DNA of 64,000 bases, from the IMG/VR virus record IMGVR_UViG_3300033149_000928, positions 1-64,000 of that record. The stretch is one strand, 5' to 3'. The translations under genes and the position numbers were made by a program. The notes below the pieces were generated by a model. The model was not told the DNA's origin. It worked only from the letters and a program-made list of their open reading frames with translations, and made no database searches. Below, in pieces: positions 19,898 to 31,000 of this stretch. The stretch comes from a virus. Numbering within the stretch: position 1 is the first letter of the stretch; each line of letters opens with the position of its first letter.

Positions 19898-21310
19898 TTA
19901 AAGTTCCGCATTAAAAGTAGCATGAACAGCGCATAAATTATCAGCTGTAGCATTATCTGAATTTGAGAAAATTGTAGTTCCCATTTCATTTGTATTACTA
20001 GCGGCTGCATTTCTATCTGTAGAGCCACCTACATCTCTATATTTTCCAGATGCATTTAATGTAGAAGGGGAATAAGGGGTTATAGTCGGAGCTATACGCA
20101 TAGGAGGATTAAATCTAATACTTTGAGCATAAGAAGCAACTCCTCCAGCAGTTGATCCAGCGTGTTCATATAAAGCTCCACTATTTGTTACCGTTCCAGC
20201 AGATACTCCAAGAGCATATGTTTGTCTCCAATATCTTCGACATTGTAATAATTCAGTACCGAAATCCATATGTTCAAAATTAGTTACTACAGCACCAGCC
20301 TCTAATTGAATCCCTGTGACCTGAAACCTCTCCCCAACTTGAGCATCAGTATCATCTAACCAAATTATAATAGCAACATTCTCTGCATTTGAAGTATCAA
20401 TACTGATATTTTCAATTGTTTGACGTACCCATCCACTTGTCAAGGCAATATTTTCTGGTGTATTTTCTGCAGTCCAATTTGTTGCCCAAGTTGGATTTGA
20501 ACCAGAACTATTCCATGCACTTACAACATCAGAAGTAACAGAATCTGCTGTACTGTCCCATGCAAGTACAGCTGCTCTTACATTTGCTAAATTACCATCC
20601 CCTTTAATATAAAAAGATAAACTCGCTACTCCTCCAATAATTTCCTGTGCATTTTTCGCTTCAATAATTTTACATAATCCCATTTTTTTACTAGCAGTTT
20701 CAATATCAAATTTCCAACTATATCTAAATCCAGTTGGAGCATCAGTATCTTGAGTAATATCTGAGATATCATTCCCATCACTCAGAAGAATTGTTCTATC
20801 TAACAAGTAAGTATCATCATTATTTGCAGGAGTTGTTGTAGAATCAAAAATTGTTCCTTGTTGCGCTACCTGCATAGCACCGTTAATAAGAATATTCCCA
20901 CCTACACCCTTAGTATTAAGAGTATTCAAGGCATCAGATACAAAAGCACCAGATACATTTGAATCATTATCTACTTGACTCGCATCATAATCAGAGGCCA
21001 CAGCTACTACTGCTCCTGTCCTAGTGAAAACACTAGATACTGCGGTGGTAGCTATCGTTTCCCAACTATCCCCATCATCAACATATAATGTACTATTATC
21101 TGTTGCCCAATAAAATCGGCCTGACTCCCCGGCAGAAGGCCGGGAAGCCAGTGTACCGACAAGACACCTTCCAGCGATAAGATTACCTGCCCCATCGCCA
21201 ACGAATAGCTCTTTGGTGTCCGTGGTAAATCCAAGCTCGCCAGCGGCAAGGGTAATGCCATCTAACTGAGCCTTTGTTCCACGGCGAACTTGAATATCCA
21301 CGGCCATCAT
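19898..21310 (-). CDS. Tail fibre with Mtd_N-like N-terminal domain
   Basis: IQVRRGT, LAAGELGFTTDTKELFVGDG; NILINGAMQVAQ, QLEAG, ELLQCRRYW fibre motifs. Confidence 0.75.
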   Translation of the reverse strand: MMAVDIQVRRGTKAQLDGITLAAGELGFTTDTKELFVGDGAGNLIAGRCLVGTLASRPSAGESGRFYWATDNSTLYVDDGDSWETIATTAVSSVFTRTGAVVAVASDYDASQVDNDSNVSGAFVSDALNTLNTKGVGGNILINGAMQVAQQGTIFDSTTTPANNDDTYLLDRTILLSDGNDISDITQDTDAPTGFRYSWKFDIETASKKMGLCKIIEAKNAQEIIGGVASLSFYIKGDGNLANVRAAVLAWDSTADSVTSDVVSAWNSSGSNPTWATNWTAENTPENIALTSGWVRQTIENISIDTSNAENVAIIIWLDDTDAQVGERFQVTGIQLEAGAVVTNFEHMDFGTELLQCRRYWRQTYALGVSAGTVTNSGALYEHAGSTAGGVASYAQSIRFNPPMRIAPTITPYSPSTLNASGKYRDVGGSTDRNAAASNTNEMGTTIFSNSDNATADNLCAVHATFNAEL

Positions 21311-21377
21311 AAGCTCCTTGTGTAACCCATTGATTTAGTAAATCAAAGTGGTGAGTATACTTCCTCGCCACTCTAAA

Positions 21378-22985
21378 TTAGAATGAACCACCATCAACCG
21401 CAGCAACGGAAAGCGTTCCAGCAGCATGAGTAAGAGAATCATTGTCAATGGTAAGACCAACACCATTAGCACCAACAGTAACTTGACATACAGTTGCACC
21501 AGTTGTATCATCAGGATCGACTGAGAGTGTACTTCCACCACCACCTGCAATACCATTGCCTTGTGTTGCCAACTGCAACTGTGCTGAGCCATCAGCCTCG
21601 ATACCGACACCATCAATCGCAGCCACATCTACCGCAACACCATTAGCTCCTACACTGACAGGAACCAAATCACCACCAGACTCTGAGTCAGGATCAACAG
21701 AAAGTGTTGAACCATTACCACCAGCAATACCATTACCTTGAACAGCTAGACGGAGATTAGCTGAACCATCAGCCTCGACACCAGTACCGGCAATCGCTCC
21801 AATATCAACACCGACACCATTGGCTGTGATATTAGCTGGCTGGATATCTGAACCCGTTTCCGAGTCGGCATCAACGCTAAGCGTGGAACCATTACCACCG
21901 GCAATACCATTACCCTGTGTTGCAAGGCGGAGATTAGCTGACCCATCAGCTTCAACACCAGTACCAGCAATCGCTGAAATATCAACACCAGCACCATTAG
22001 CAGTAAGATTTACAGGTTGGACATTTCCGCCAGTCTCAGAATCAGCATCAACACTCACGATATTCGTGGTGATGTCGATACCGTTACCAGCACTAAGGCC
22101 CCCACCTTGGTTAATAAGTACCCAAGCACCAGTAGGTACAGTACCATCGAAGGCATACTGATTATTATCGTAATAGCCCTCTTGAACCATTATAGCATTG
22201 CCTTCAACTGCATCTCCTGAGGCAACACCAGTTAATGATGTTCCATCGAAGTCAACTACCTTACTATTATCCGTATTATCCGTATATGGAGAGATAAGTG
22301 CCGTACCAGTATCGGGGGCTAAAGCGGCTCTTACACCATCAGCAACAAAACCACCAGCACCAGTGGTAATTTTGACCCATGCTGATCCACTATATTCCCA
22401 GATATCACCAATTGCTGCCGCTGCCATACCTGCCGCACCATCAGCAGTTGAAACCGTATAGGCGTCACCAGTATTAGTTAAGACTTCGATAACCGATGCC
22501 GCAGCGTTACCAACGAGATTCAGAACATCAATCGGCTCTTTCCAACTTGTACCGGCAACCGCAGCATTAATAGCGGTCTGAATCTTAGAGGCAGTCCAAA
22601 GTTCAGAGGTCGTAGTTCCGCCATCATCGACAGCTTTCCCTGAGTCCTGACCTTTACCGTTGGCATCAAGACTTACGAGGTTATCTTCAGTACCGCCGAT
22701 ATCCGAAGTGATCTCGTCCCACGTTGCACCGTTATCCACAAACAACTCGTCAGTATCAGTAGCATAGAATAACCTACCAGCGACTGCCGCTGAGGGGATA
22801 CTACCAATAGCAGCCATAATAACACGACCAACGAGTAGATTAGATGCACCATCACCTACCCATAGTTCTTTTTGGTCATCGGTAGTGAAACCAAGTTCAC
22901 CCGATGCTAATGTAATTCCATCGAGAGCAGCCTTTGTACCTTTTCGTACTATGATAGTAACACCATACCAATTGCGGATTCTCAT
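21378..22985 (-). CDS. Fibre protein with RxWYG leader, Mtd_N-like domain and three 59-aa repeats
   Basis: MRIRNWYG|VTIIVRKGTK...GELGFTTD; repeat VDADSETG...QGNGIAGGNGSTLS x3 plus a partial copy; ends DGGSF. Confidence 0.7.
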   Translation of the reverse strand: MRIRNWYGVTIIVRKGTKAALDGITLASGELGFTTDDQKELWVGDGASNLLVGRVIMAAIGSIPSAAVAGRLFYATDTDELFVDNGATWDEITSDIGGTEDNLVSLDANGKGQDSGKAVDDGGTTTSELWTASKIQTAINAAVAGTSWKEPIDVLNLVGNAAASVIEVLTNTGDAYTVSTADGAAGMAAAAIGDIWEYSGSAWVKITTGAGGFVADGVRAALAPDTGTALISPYTDNTDNSKVVDFDGTSLTGVASGDAVEGNAIMVQEGYYDNNQYAFDGTVPTGAWVLINQGGGLSAGNGIDITTNIVSVDADSETGGNVQPVNLTANGAGVDISAIAGTGVEADGSANLRLATQGNGIAGGNGSTLSVDADSETGSDIQPANITANGVGVDIGAIAGTGVEADGSANLRLAVQGNGIAGGNGSTLSVDPDSESGGDLVPVSVGANGVAVDVAAIDGVGIEADGSAQLQLATQGNGIAGGGGSTLSVDPDDTTGATVCQVTVGANGVGLTIDNDSLTHAAGTLSVAAVDGGSF

Positions 22986-23068
22986 TACATTTCTCCTATG
23001 TGTAAATTGATTTACTAAATCAAAATCTAAAGCCAGTAATTAAAAAGCTCCCATTAACTAAAGTCTCA

Positions 23069-23233
23069 CTAGAAACTCCCACCATCCAACGTGTCTACGT
23101 CAAGTTTCCCCTTTATCCAAGTGTAAATTGCCAAGAAAGTAATATTATAGGAGGTAAGCGCCTTGACAAAATACGCTATACTCGCATCCGTTATTGTACT
23201 CGTACCTAACGCAGACAGTTTCTGATCAGCCAT
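23069..23233 (-). CDS. Small virion protein (54 aa) ending DGGSF
   Basis: AGGAGG RBS; MADQKLSALG...LDGGSF, same C-terminus as 21378-22985. Confidence 0.6.
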   Translation of the reverse strand: MADQKLSALGTSTITDASIAYFVKALTSYNITFLAIYTWIKGKLDVDTLDGGSF

Positions 23234-23246
23234 GTTTAATCCTCCT

Positions 23247-23477
23247 TTAGTCTTCTAATAGTAATCTATCACCAGATTCTAAAAGTAAATTGTCCCCTGT
23301 TTCAAGCAATAAAGCATTGATAGCACCAGTAGGCTCCTCTCCTAGTACCGTGGTTAAGATATCCTGAACAATAGATAATCGGAGAACTGATCTCATACCT
23401 CTAATAACCCTACGTCCCATCATATTCTCCTTTGCTGCCAGAACATAGCACCTATAGGTATACCGATTAATACCCAA
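23247..23477 (-). CDS. Small virion-associated protein with LLLExGD repeats
   Basis: C-terminus LLLETGDNLLLESGDRLLLED; start uncertain. Confidence 0.5.
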   Translation of the reverse strand: MGINRYTYRCYVLAAKENMMGRRVIRGMRSVLRLSIVQDILTTVLGEEPTGAINALLLETGDNLLLESGDRLLLED

Positions 23478-23782
23478 ATAATTGGGTACATATAGATATG
23501 CTCATTATTAGTGACATGAAGGATAACGTCTCCAATAAGAGAGATGACAGCTAAAGTAACAAGTATGAAAGGTTTCTGTATTGCTTTCTCTTTTACAGGA
23601 ACAAAGAAATGTCCCATTAATACACCTATCACAAGTGGCAACGTTAAACAACGTAAACCGTAGAACATAATAACTTCGGATATTGTATCTCCACGTTCGG
23701 GATTCATGAAAGGTACAATATCCCAAACTATTAGTCCGAGTGCCACTACTATTAGAATAATTTTAGTTATTTTTCTTAGCAT
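23420..23782 (-). CDS. Multi-pass membrane protein
   Basis: About four hydrophobic segments; DTISE and LMGHFF motifs. Confidence 0.6.
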   Translation of the reverse strand: MLRKITKIILIVVALGLIVWDIVPFMNPERGDTISEVIMFYGLRCLTLPLVIGVLMGHFFVPVKEKAIQKPFILVTLAVISLIGDVILHVTNNEHIYMYPIIWVLIGIPIGAMFWQQRRI

Positions 23783-23933
23783 CTTTAGCCCTAGCTTTTT
23801 CCTTTAGCCCTAGCCTTAGCATCTTTAGCCTTCTGTTTGAGTTCCTTATTACTCTTAAATTCTGGTACAACAATTGCTACTTCTTCCTTAATTTTTTTTA
23901 TCTTCTTAGCCACTTTATCTCCTATGGTAGTTC

Positions 23934-24593
23934 TTATGGACAAGTACGCAGAATATGTATTAACTTAATATTAACATCAACAGAACCTATAGACTCATAA
24001 CGAAATCTAACATAGATACCAGCAGGAATAAGTTTTGCATCTGAACAACAACACTCAAACTCCCAATTAGCCCATACATAATTAGTAGCTGCGAATTGTC
24101 CTAATACAAAATCTGCTCCATAGCCAAGAATATTATCGACATCAACCATTTCCACTTCAACATAATCCCCATCCTCTGGGTTCGCATCTAATTTAAATCC
24201 TATTCCTTGTAACATCATATTTTCAGTGTATTTTACTTCATGTTCTAATGTTTCCTCAGCCGTAGCTGTAATATTATATCCTTTACGGAAAATATTATAA
24301 CCTGTAAGTTCCTGGAAACCATTCACTTGAACAGGTGCAGGTATATCCTCTGGATTAGGTACACCTGTATGGGCCTCTACAATTGCTTGGAGAGTTGTTT
24401 GGTCTCCAGAGGACAATACATCTTTAAACCATATGTCTACGGTATCTCCATCCATATCAATATAGTCAACCGCTATTGATATCGAGGATGCGGATATCTC
24501 CTCTTGCAATGTCGTTAAATCTGGTGTTGCTTCTGTTAAACCCGTAAAATCAGTAGTTATTGATTTCGCGTATTTAGTTGGGGTTGGCATCAA
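23934..24593 (-). CDS. Structural-module hypothetical protein
   Basis: Acidic, beta-rich, between fibre genes. Confidence 0.5.
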   Translation of the reverse strand: MMPTPTKYAKSITTDFTGLTEATPDLTTLQEEISASSISIAVDYIDMDGDTVDIWFKDVLSSGDQTTLQAIVEAHTGVPNPEDIPAPVQVNGFQELTGYNIFRKGYNITATAEETLEHEVKYTENMMLQGIGFKLDANPEDGDYVEVEMVDVDNILGYGADFVLGQFAATNYVWANWEFECCCSDAKLIPAGIYVRFRYESIGSVDVNIKLIHILRTCP

Positions 24594-26206
24594 TTAATCC
24601 TCCACAATACAAGTCTAACTCTACGTATACTTACTTGCTTACCAGATGTAGCTGATGCATAGTCTATATCAAAAGTATGTGCTGCATTAGTTAATGTCCT
24701 AATAGCGAAACCAGCCGTAGCCTCATAGCTATTAGTATCTGTTTGAATATTTTGATTCGCTAAATCAGTAGAATTATCTTCTTGTACACGAAAAGCAACA
24801 TCAGTGCTAGTACCATTTCTAGCTACCTCAACCGACCATCCAACATAGTAATCTCCAGCTGGAATAACACTTGTAAGCATCGTAGCTTTCGTTTGCCAAC
24901 TTACACTTGTAGTTGATGATACGCCTTCAGACTTAGCTTCGTGAAATTGTGAACCAAATATAGCGTCTATAGCTGTATTGAGATTACCAAGTTGTACCCG
25001 TTTCTTTGCGTTTGCTACAGCGGAGTCCTCAATAACTATAAGATCAGTTGCTATTGGTGTGGACTTCTCAACAATAGAAACAATCTCACCTGATATATTG
25101 TCATGTATAGCAGTTGCATCAGCACCATCATCTACTGAAGGATTTGGATATGTTCCATTTAAATCCCCACCTGCTGTTCCAGTTGGTATACGGGGTGTAG
25201 TAGTATCATCAAGTGTCGCATCTGTAATCTTAGTATTTAGATTTGCAAGAGTATCTGCTATATGTGCCGACCCACCAAGCGCATGTGTAATACCTGTACT
25301 TAAAGTACTAAGTAAAGCTTTCTTTTTACTATAAGAATCCGCACTATCTTCAATAATAATAATATCTGCATTAACAGGGGTACCCTTCGCACTAATAGCA
25401 TTAATCTCACCAGGTATATTATCATGGATAGCTACATGATCGTCGCCATCTGGTAGACCAAGAGTACCTCCACCAGTTATTGAGGTAGTACCAGATACTT
25501 CCGTAGCAGTAAGATATAACGTACCAGTATCCACATCATAAGCTGTAGATGCCTCAAGTATCGAAGTAACTACGGATACCGTACCAGTACCATCAACCTC
25601 AATACCAGTACCACTAGGAGCTTCAATATGTTCTACTGTAACAATAATACTACCAGTATCATCAACATATAATGCTGTACCTGCTCCGCTAACCTCAATA
25701 TGATTAAACTTAGCGAAGATTTTACCAGTTGTAGCTGCGTCTCCAATAGCGATACCAGTATCAACTAAAGCTTCATGTCCTATGAGTTCAAGTTCACCAG
25801 CAGCACAATGAACACCGTTGGCTCCACTTGTTGCTTCAAGGATTTCAATAAATGCTTTTGCTCTACCTGCTCCAGCAGTTTTTGAAATTACTGTTCCACT
25901 CGCAACTATACACCAATGAGCTAAGAGATATGCTTCATCTCCAAGAATATGATTACCTACAAGCTTAGCAAATGGAGCTTTCAAAACTACATAAGGTGGT
26001 ATTGTTAAATTCTCAGTATATATCCCACCATCGACAACTAAAATACCAATAATATTAGAGGCACTAGGAGTATCGCCACTAGCAGCCGCAAGAGCAGCAG
26101 TAGCTGTTAAGAATGGTTCACTAAGACTTTTGCCTGTATTGGTATCTAAACCATACTTAGCAACATAATATTGCTGTATAGAATCTGGCAATGGAGTATA
26201 CGCCAT
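24590..26206 (-). CDS. Tail spike/fibre-like protein with beta-helix region and internal repeat
   Basis: YYVAKYGLDTNTGKSLSEPFLT N-terminal cap; duplicated AIHDNIxGEI...IIEDSA. Confidence 0.6.
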   Translation of the reverse strand: MAYTPLPDSIQQYYVAKYGLDTNTGKSLSEPFLTATAALAAASGDTPSASNIIGILVVDGGIYTENLTIPPYVVLKAPFAKLVGNHILGDEAYLLAHWCIVASGTVISKTAGAGRAKAFIEILEATSGANGVHCAAGELELIGHEALVDTGIAIGDAATTGKIFAKFNHIEVSGAGTALYVDDTGSIIVTVEHIEAPSGTGIEVDGTGTVSVVTSILEASTAYDVDTGTLYLTATEVSGTTSITGGGTLGLPDGDDHVAIHDNIPGEINAISAKGTPVNADIIIIEDSADSYSKKKALLSTLSTGITHALGGSAHIADTLANLNTKITDATLDDTTTPRIPTGTAGGDLNGTYPNPSVDDGADATAIHDNISGEIVSIVEKSTPIATDLIVIEDSAVANAKKRVQLGNLNTAIDAIFGSQFHEAKSEGVSSTTSVSWQTKATMLTSVIPAGDYYVGWSVEVARNGTSTDVAFRVQEDNSTDLANQNIQTDTNSYEATAGFAIRTLTNAAHTFDIDYASATSGKQVSIRRVRLVLWRIN

Positions 26207-26227
26207 GTCATTCCCCTATAATATTAC

Positions 26228-26977
26228 TTAGAGTACCCACCATTCTGTACCATCACAGAATACATCTAAGGATTCATATTGTGCTGTGATATCTTTGGTT
26301 AAAGAATCATCAATAGTCTCAGTACCATTACCATCGAGAGTCACATTATTTGCACTGGCATTTAACTTCTTAACTCGATACAGTACTCCAGAAGAGGAGG
26401 CTACTGCTGGTAAATTAATAGTTATAGCTCCACCTGTTGTATCGCAAAGTATAATACCCTCACCACCTGGAGTATATGGACTATCGGTATTATCAATATG
26501 TACGAAAGTACCATTTCCAGGAGTTACCCACTCTAATCCAGTTGCTTTAGAATTATTAGCAGCAAGTTGCTGTCCATTTATTCCTACTGGAAGTCGAGAT
26601 ATCGCATCATCTCCAGTACCTGCTAGGAGATCACCTTTCGCATCAACGGTGGAAACCATTAATGCACCAGCACTAGCTACATTAGTAGGGTCAGTGATAT
26701 CTGCTAGAGCCTCAATGCCATCTAACTTAGCGATCTGAGCAGCAGTCGCTACTCCCTTTTGTACTGCCGTGGCATCCTGGATATCATCAGTACCATCTGT
26801 ATGGTCAGTAGCATGTAAGAGTTCAGCTTTGGTATCTGCAATATCCCGTACTGCTTTCTCTGTAGCTAATGAAGTATCAACACCTGGAGTACCAATAGAT
26901 GTTGCTACATCATATCCATCTTCAATATGATTTCCATCAGCAGCCTTTGGGATTTTTCCTGCTGTGAGATCAGCCAT
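26228..26977 (-). CDS. Fibre-like structural protein
   Basis: KLDGIEALAD, DAKGDLLAGTG...RLPVG, CDTTGGAITINLP, VTLDGNGTETID. Confidence 0.6.
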   Translation of the reverse strand: MADLTAGKIPKAADGNHIEDGYDVATSIGTPGVDTSLATEKAVRDIADTKAELLHATDHTDGTDDIQDATAVQKGVATAAQIAKLDGIEALADITDPTNVASAGALMVSTVDAKGDLLAGTGDDAISRLPVGINGQQLAANNSKATGLEWVTPGNGTFVHIDNTDSPYTPGGEGIILCDTTGGAITINLPAVASSSGVLYRVKKLNASANNVTLDGNGTETIDDSLTKDITAQYESLDVFCDGTEWWVL

Positions 26978-27012
26978 ATCATTTCCTTTGATTTACTAAA
27001 TCAAATTGTAAT

Positions 27013-27453
27013 TTAGATAGCATATACCGGCTCTTCATCAGTATTATAAATTTGCTCTTCATCCGTATTGAAAAGTCCTTCGGGAGCACCAAGATTCACT
27101 CCCATTAATTCAAAGCTAACCTCATAAGAACCACAGTTAGTATCTCTCTGTGTTATAATATCCATAGGGTTGGAGATAACAACTCCTTCCCAAACTTCAT
27201 TGTTATGATCTGTTATTTTAATCTGTTCACCAGCAGAGGCTATCAAAATAGCTTCAAAATCCTCTTTTGTGGTTTTCTTTAAATTACTAAAGGAGAAAGT
27301 ACGCATCTCCTTATTAGGCCAACCTGCATCTTTAACACTTTTAACCTCTCCACCTATAGTTTCACGGTTAACTGCGTAAGTCCTGAGACTATGGGTATCT
27401 CCCAATTCTGGGTTTCGTAAAGCAACATAACCACCATCGTAATAAAAGATCAT
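27013..27453 (-). CDS. Minor tail (distal-tail-like) protein
   Basis: LRNPELGD paralog; close downstream of the tape measure. Confidence 0.55.
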   Translation of the reverse strand: MIFYYDGGYVALRNPELGDTHSLRTYAVNRETIGGEVKSVKDAGWPNKEMRTFSFSNLKKTTKEDFEAILIASAGEQIKITDHNNEVWEGVVISNPMDIITQRDTNCGSYEVSFELMGVNLGAPEGLFNTDEEQIYNTDEEPVYAI

Positions 27454-27950
27454 CCTGCCGCTCCAGAAACCGTATAAGTAATATTAAGGGTATCACTCGC
27501 AACAGCAGAGACATTCCCATCAAGGAAAAGTCCAGTTGCCCAAAGTGTTCCCGTTGATCCACCTTTAGCACTATCACTAGTAAGGAAAAGTCCAGAAATT
27601 GTAGTTGTTCCATTTATATTGAATACAACAAAAGAACTATTAGTAATCTCTTTACTGGCGGCGGCATCCGGTCCCCATGCTTGACGTACAGCTTCTGTGT
27701 AGGTCTGATCTTCGGTCCATCCTGGGTGGCTAGCCATCGTATCGGCAGCAGCAAGATCACCGATAACCGCATCATTGATTAAACCTAGATACCATGCGGC
27801 GATTTGAGTATCATTATGGAACTGAATACCAAGGATGCTGTCGATACCCACATCGACAACACCATTCTTGAATTCATAATTCCCGATAACTTTCCCATCG
27901 CGTATATGTTCTAACTTGAAGGTTCCTTTAAAATTAATGCCGGTTTTCAT
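27450..27950 (-). CDS. Minor tail protein
   Basis: NGVVDVG, WYLGLI, GLFLTS, DTLNITYTVS; follows the tape measure. Confidence 0.55.
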   Translation of the reverse strand: MKTGINFKGTFKLEHIRDGKVIGNYEFKNGVVDVGIDSILGIQFHNDTQIAAWYLGLINDAVIGDLAAADTMASHPGWTEDQTYTEAVRQAWGPDAAASKEITNSSFVVFNINGTTTISGLFLTSDSAKGGSTGTLWATGLFLDGNVSAVASDTLNITYTVSGAAG

Positions 27951-28000
27951 GGGTACTGTCTCCTTTGATTTAGTAAATCAAAGCGGCGAAGCCGCCTCCC

Positions 28001-31000
28001 TCAAAACCTAAGTGTCTTTCTACGGATTTGTCTCTGTAAGAGTTTCCCAACCTTAGTAACGTCATAAGCTTCATTGCCACTGGACTGCATATTGATATTC
28101 ACATCACCAACATTGGTTACAGAGCCGCCACCTTGGAATGGTTGGATACCGGCATTCATAGCTACGAGTTGCGTATGGAACTTCCTAGCTGATCTTGCGT
28201 TCATCACGAACTCACCAGGAGTAAGCATAGCGGGTACGGTGTCTGTACTTCCTGGGACATCTCCTCCTGCTGCTCTACCTAATGGACCGACTTTATCTCT
28301 AATTTGAGCTAATAAAGCTGGAATATCTACTGTTTGTGCTTTCTCAATCTTCTTTAAGTGGTCGTTCCTATCTCTATCCGCTTGTTCAGTGAGGCCAAAG
28401 GTTTTATCGAATGCTTTTCGAGATTCCTCTACTTGCTTTTTCGATGCCTCAGTTAATTTCTTTAGTTCACTAACTGCATTATTATCTCTAGTAATTCTAA
28501 ATAACCTCAATACCGCATCTTCAAAAGTACTAATTGCAGCGACACCTTCTTCCGATCTTTGGCCTCTAAAGAAAGGAGCTAGTTCTTGTTGTGATCTCTC
28601 GAAATCTTCAATAGTTTTTATTAATACTGCTGCACCCTTAGCTGTTGGGTCTTTTAAGAACGGAGCTAAATCAGCTCTGAATTTAGCAAAATCTGGTCCT
28701 AATTTTGCAAAAGTACTTATAAGATCAGTTCTAGCCGCAGGTTCTGATCCTCTTAATTTAAGTTCTGCTTCCTTTTGTACTTTTATTCTATTCTTAAGCC
28801 CTTCTTCCTGGAGTTTGATTGTCTTTCTTACAGTTTCTAGTTCTTGTTCCAAAAGTTTCTTTTTAAGGGTTTCCTCTATCTGTGCTTCTTTCTTAGCTAA
28901 TTGCTCTTGAGCAACTATGGCAGTTTTAGGGTCTTTTACACTGGCCTTTTCAATGGTCTCTCTTGCTTTATCAACATCTTTTAAGGCTTTTAATAAATTA
29001 ACTATTTGTTCATCAACATCATCTACCCCGATTAAATCTTTAACTTTGAGTTTACTTATTTCTCTTGACTGCTCTTGTATAAGTTTAAGATTCTTTTCCC
29101 GTCTTTCTGTTTCTTCTTTTGCCTCCTTTGTGGCTTGTTTTGCTGCTTCCGCTAATTCCTTTTCAAATTCAATTCTCTGTTTTATAAGTGCATTTTGTGC
29201 TTTTGAAATTTCAAGTTGTTCAATCTCAATAGGTTGACGTTCTTTGATCTCTTGAGTAATATTTGCTGTTACTGTTAATAATTTTCTAATACGTTCGTTA
29301 TTTTCTCTTTCAAAACGTTCTTGATCTCGTTGAGCTTTAAGTACTGCCTTATCTTTGCTTTGTATACTCTTAATCTCACCATTTACACTAGTAATACTTA
29401 TTCGTGCACCGGCTCTTATTCTAGCATCAATCTTATTTTCAAAAGTCAATCTCTTATCAGCCGCTTTAAGACGTAAATTTTCTAAATCTGTAGCGGCTTT
29501 CTTTCCCCGTTCCCGTAATTTATTAACTTCCTTCTCATTAGATTCATTCTTCTCCGCTGTATCTGATTGGAGTTTAGCTGCTTCCTCAAGTAATTTCTTT
29601 GTTATATCAAAAGCTGCCCTTGCATTACGTTGAGATTGTTGGTCAGTACCCGTTATTGAGATAGCAGCAACAAATTGTTTTTGAGCTTCAGCTATAAGTA
29701 ATCGTTGTTTTGCTTGAACATCTACTGCACTATCTAATTGTTCTCTAAGTATATTACTAGCTAATTCTCTTTTGAGGTCAGCAATATTCTTAGTAGTTTG
29801 TTCAATAGTCTTTTCTGAGTCCTTAAGAATATCATTAAGGTCTTTAATGCCTGCTTGTATTGACTTAATAACATCTTGGTATGCGAGTTTAAGTCCATTT
29901 GCTAATTCTTTATCTAGTCCGACTTGAGTATCTAATTGTTTACTTAATACACTTTGGACTTGAGCTATAGCCGCTTTAGCTAAGCGAAACTCTACTTCAT
30001 ATCCACTCTCGATAATTTTGAGTCGTGCTGTAGTTTGATCTTTAAGTTTCTTAACAGATTCATTATAGAAATCATCTGCTTCTTTAATAGCTTCATCATA
30101 GGAATTAGTGACTGAATCAAAGGCTAATTTGAGTCCTATACCTGCCGCTGTCAGTCCCGCAACAAGAGCGCCGAAGGGAGTGACAATGATAGCTAAATTT
30201 AGACTCACAAGTGCAGCAGCCGCTAAACCAATAGCTGGGGCTAAGAAAACAGTAATAACACTAGCAAAGAGCTTAACACTATCAGATAAAGATAAAACAT
30301 TATCATTAACAAATTTAATTGTATCAATAAGGTCTCTACCAATTTCCTCAGTAAAGAAGTTCTTAATCTTATTTACTTCGATACGGATTTCTCTACCCGT
30401 ATTAGTTAAGGTTTCTTTAAGAGCCACTTCATAAGATGCTTGAGCCTCTTGGAGTTCTTTCCAGTTATTTTCAAAAGTCTTGAGACCTCTACCGGCAAAG
30501 ACCATTGCGCCACTGATAGCACGAATACGTCCAAAGATTTTACCTAATTCAGAAGAACTACCCTTAGTACGTTCTTCAATTTTCGCAAGTACACCACCAA
30601 ATCCGAAAGCAGCAATTGCAGCTTCACCAGATACAACACCCCATTCTCTAAAGAGTTTAGTCATTTCCGCAGTTGGGCGGATTAATTTTAACAAAATGTT
30701 GCGAATTGCTGTTTGGGCCTTTTCGAATGGCACACCACGTATTGTAACTGTAGTAATAGCAGCGGCAAGGTCTGTAAATGAAAGCCCTAAATTAGCTGCC
30801 GGAACAGCACTTTGTCCTATAGTATTTGCCATTTCATCAAGACGCACACGACCAAGTTCAATCGTCTTAAATGTTTGTGCTGCTATATTTGCAGTATCAT
30901 CAAGGGTAAGATTAAAAGCATTCTGTACAGCAGAAAGAAACTGTACTGAAGCAGCGGCATCTGAAACACCAACAAGTGCTAATTCATTAGCAGATTTTAA

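Noticed and set aside
19898-22985. Diversity-generating retroelement suggested by Mtd_N-like domains
   Set aside because: No reverse transcriptase and no TR/VR pair with adenine-specific mismatches seen in the window.
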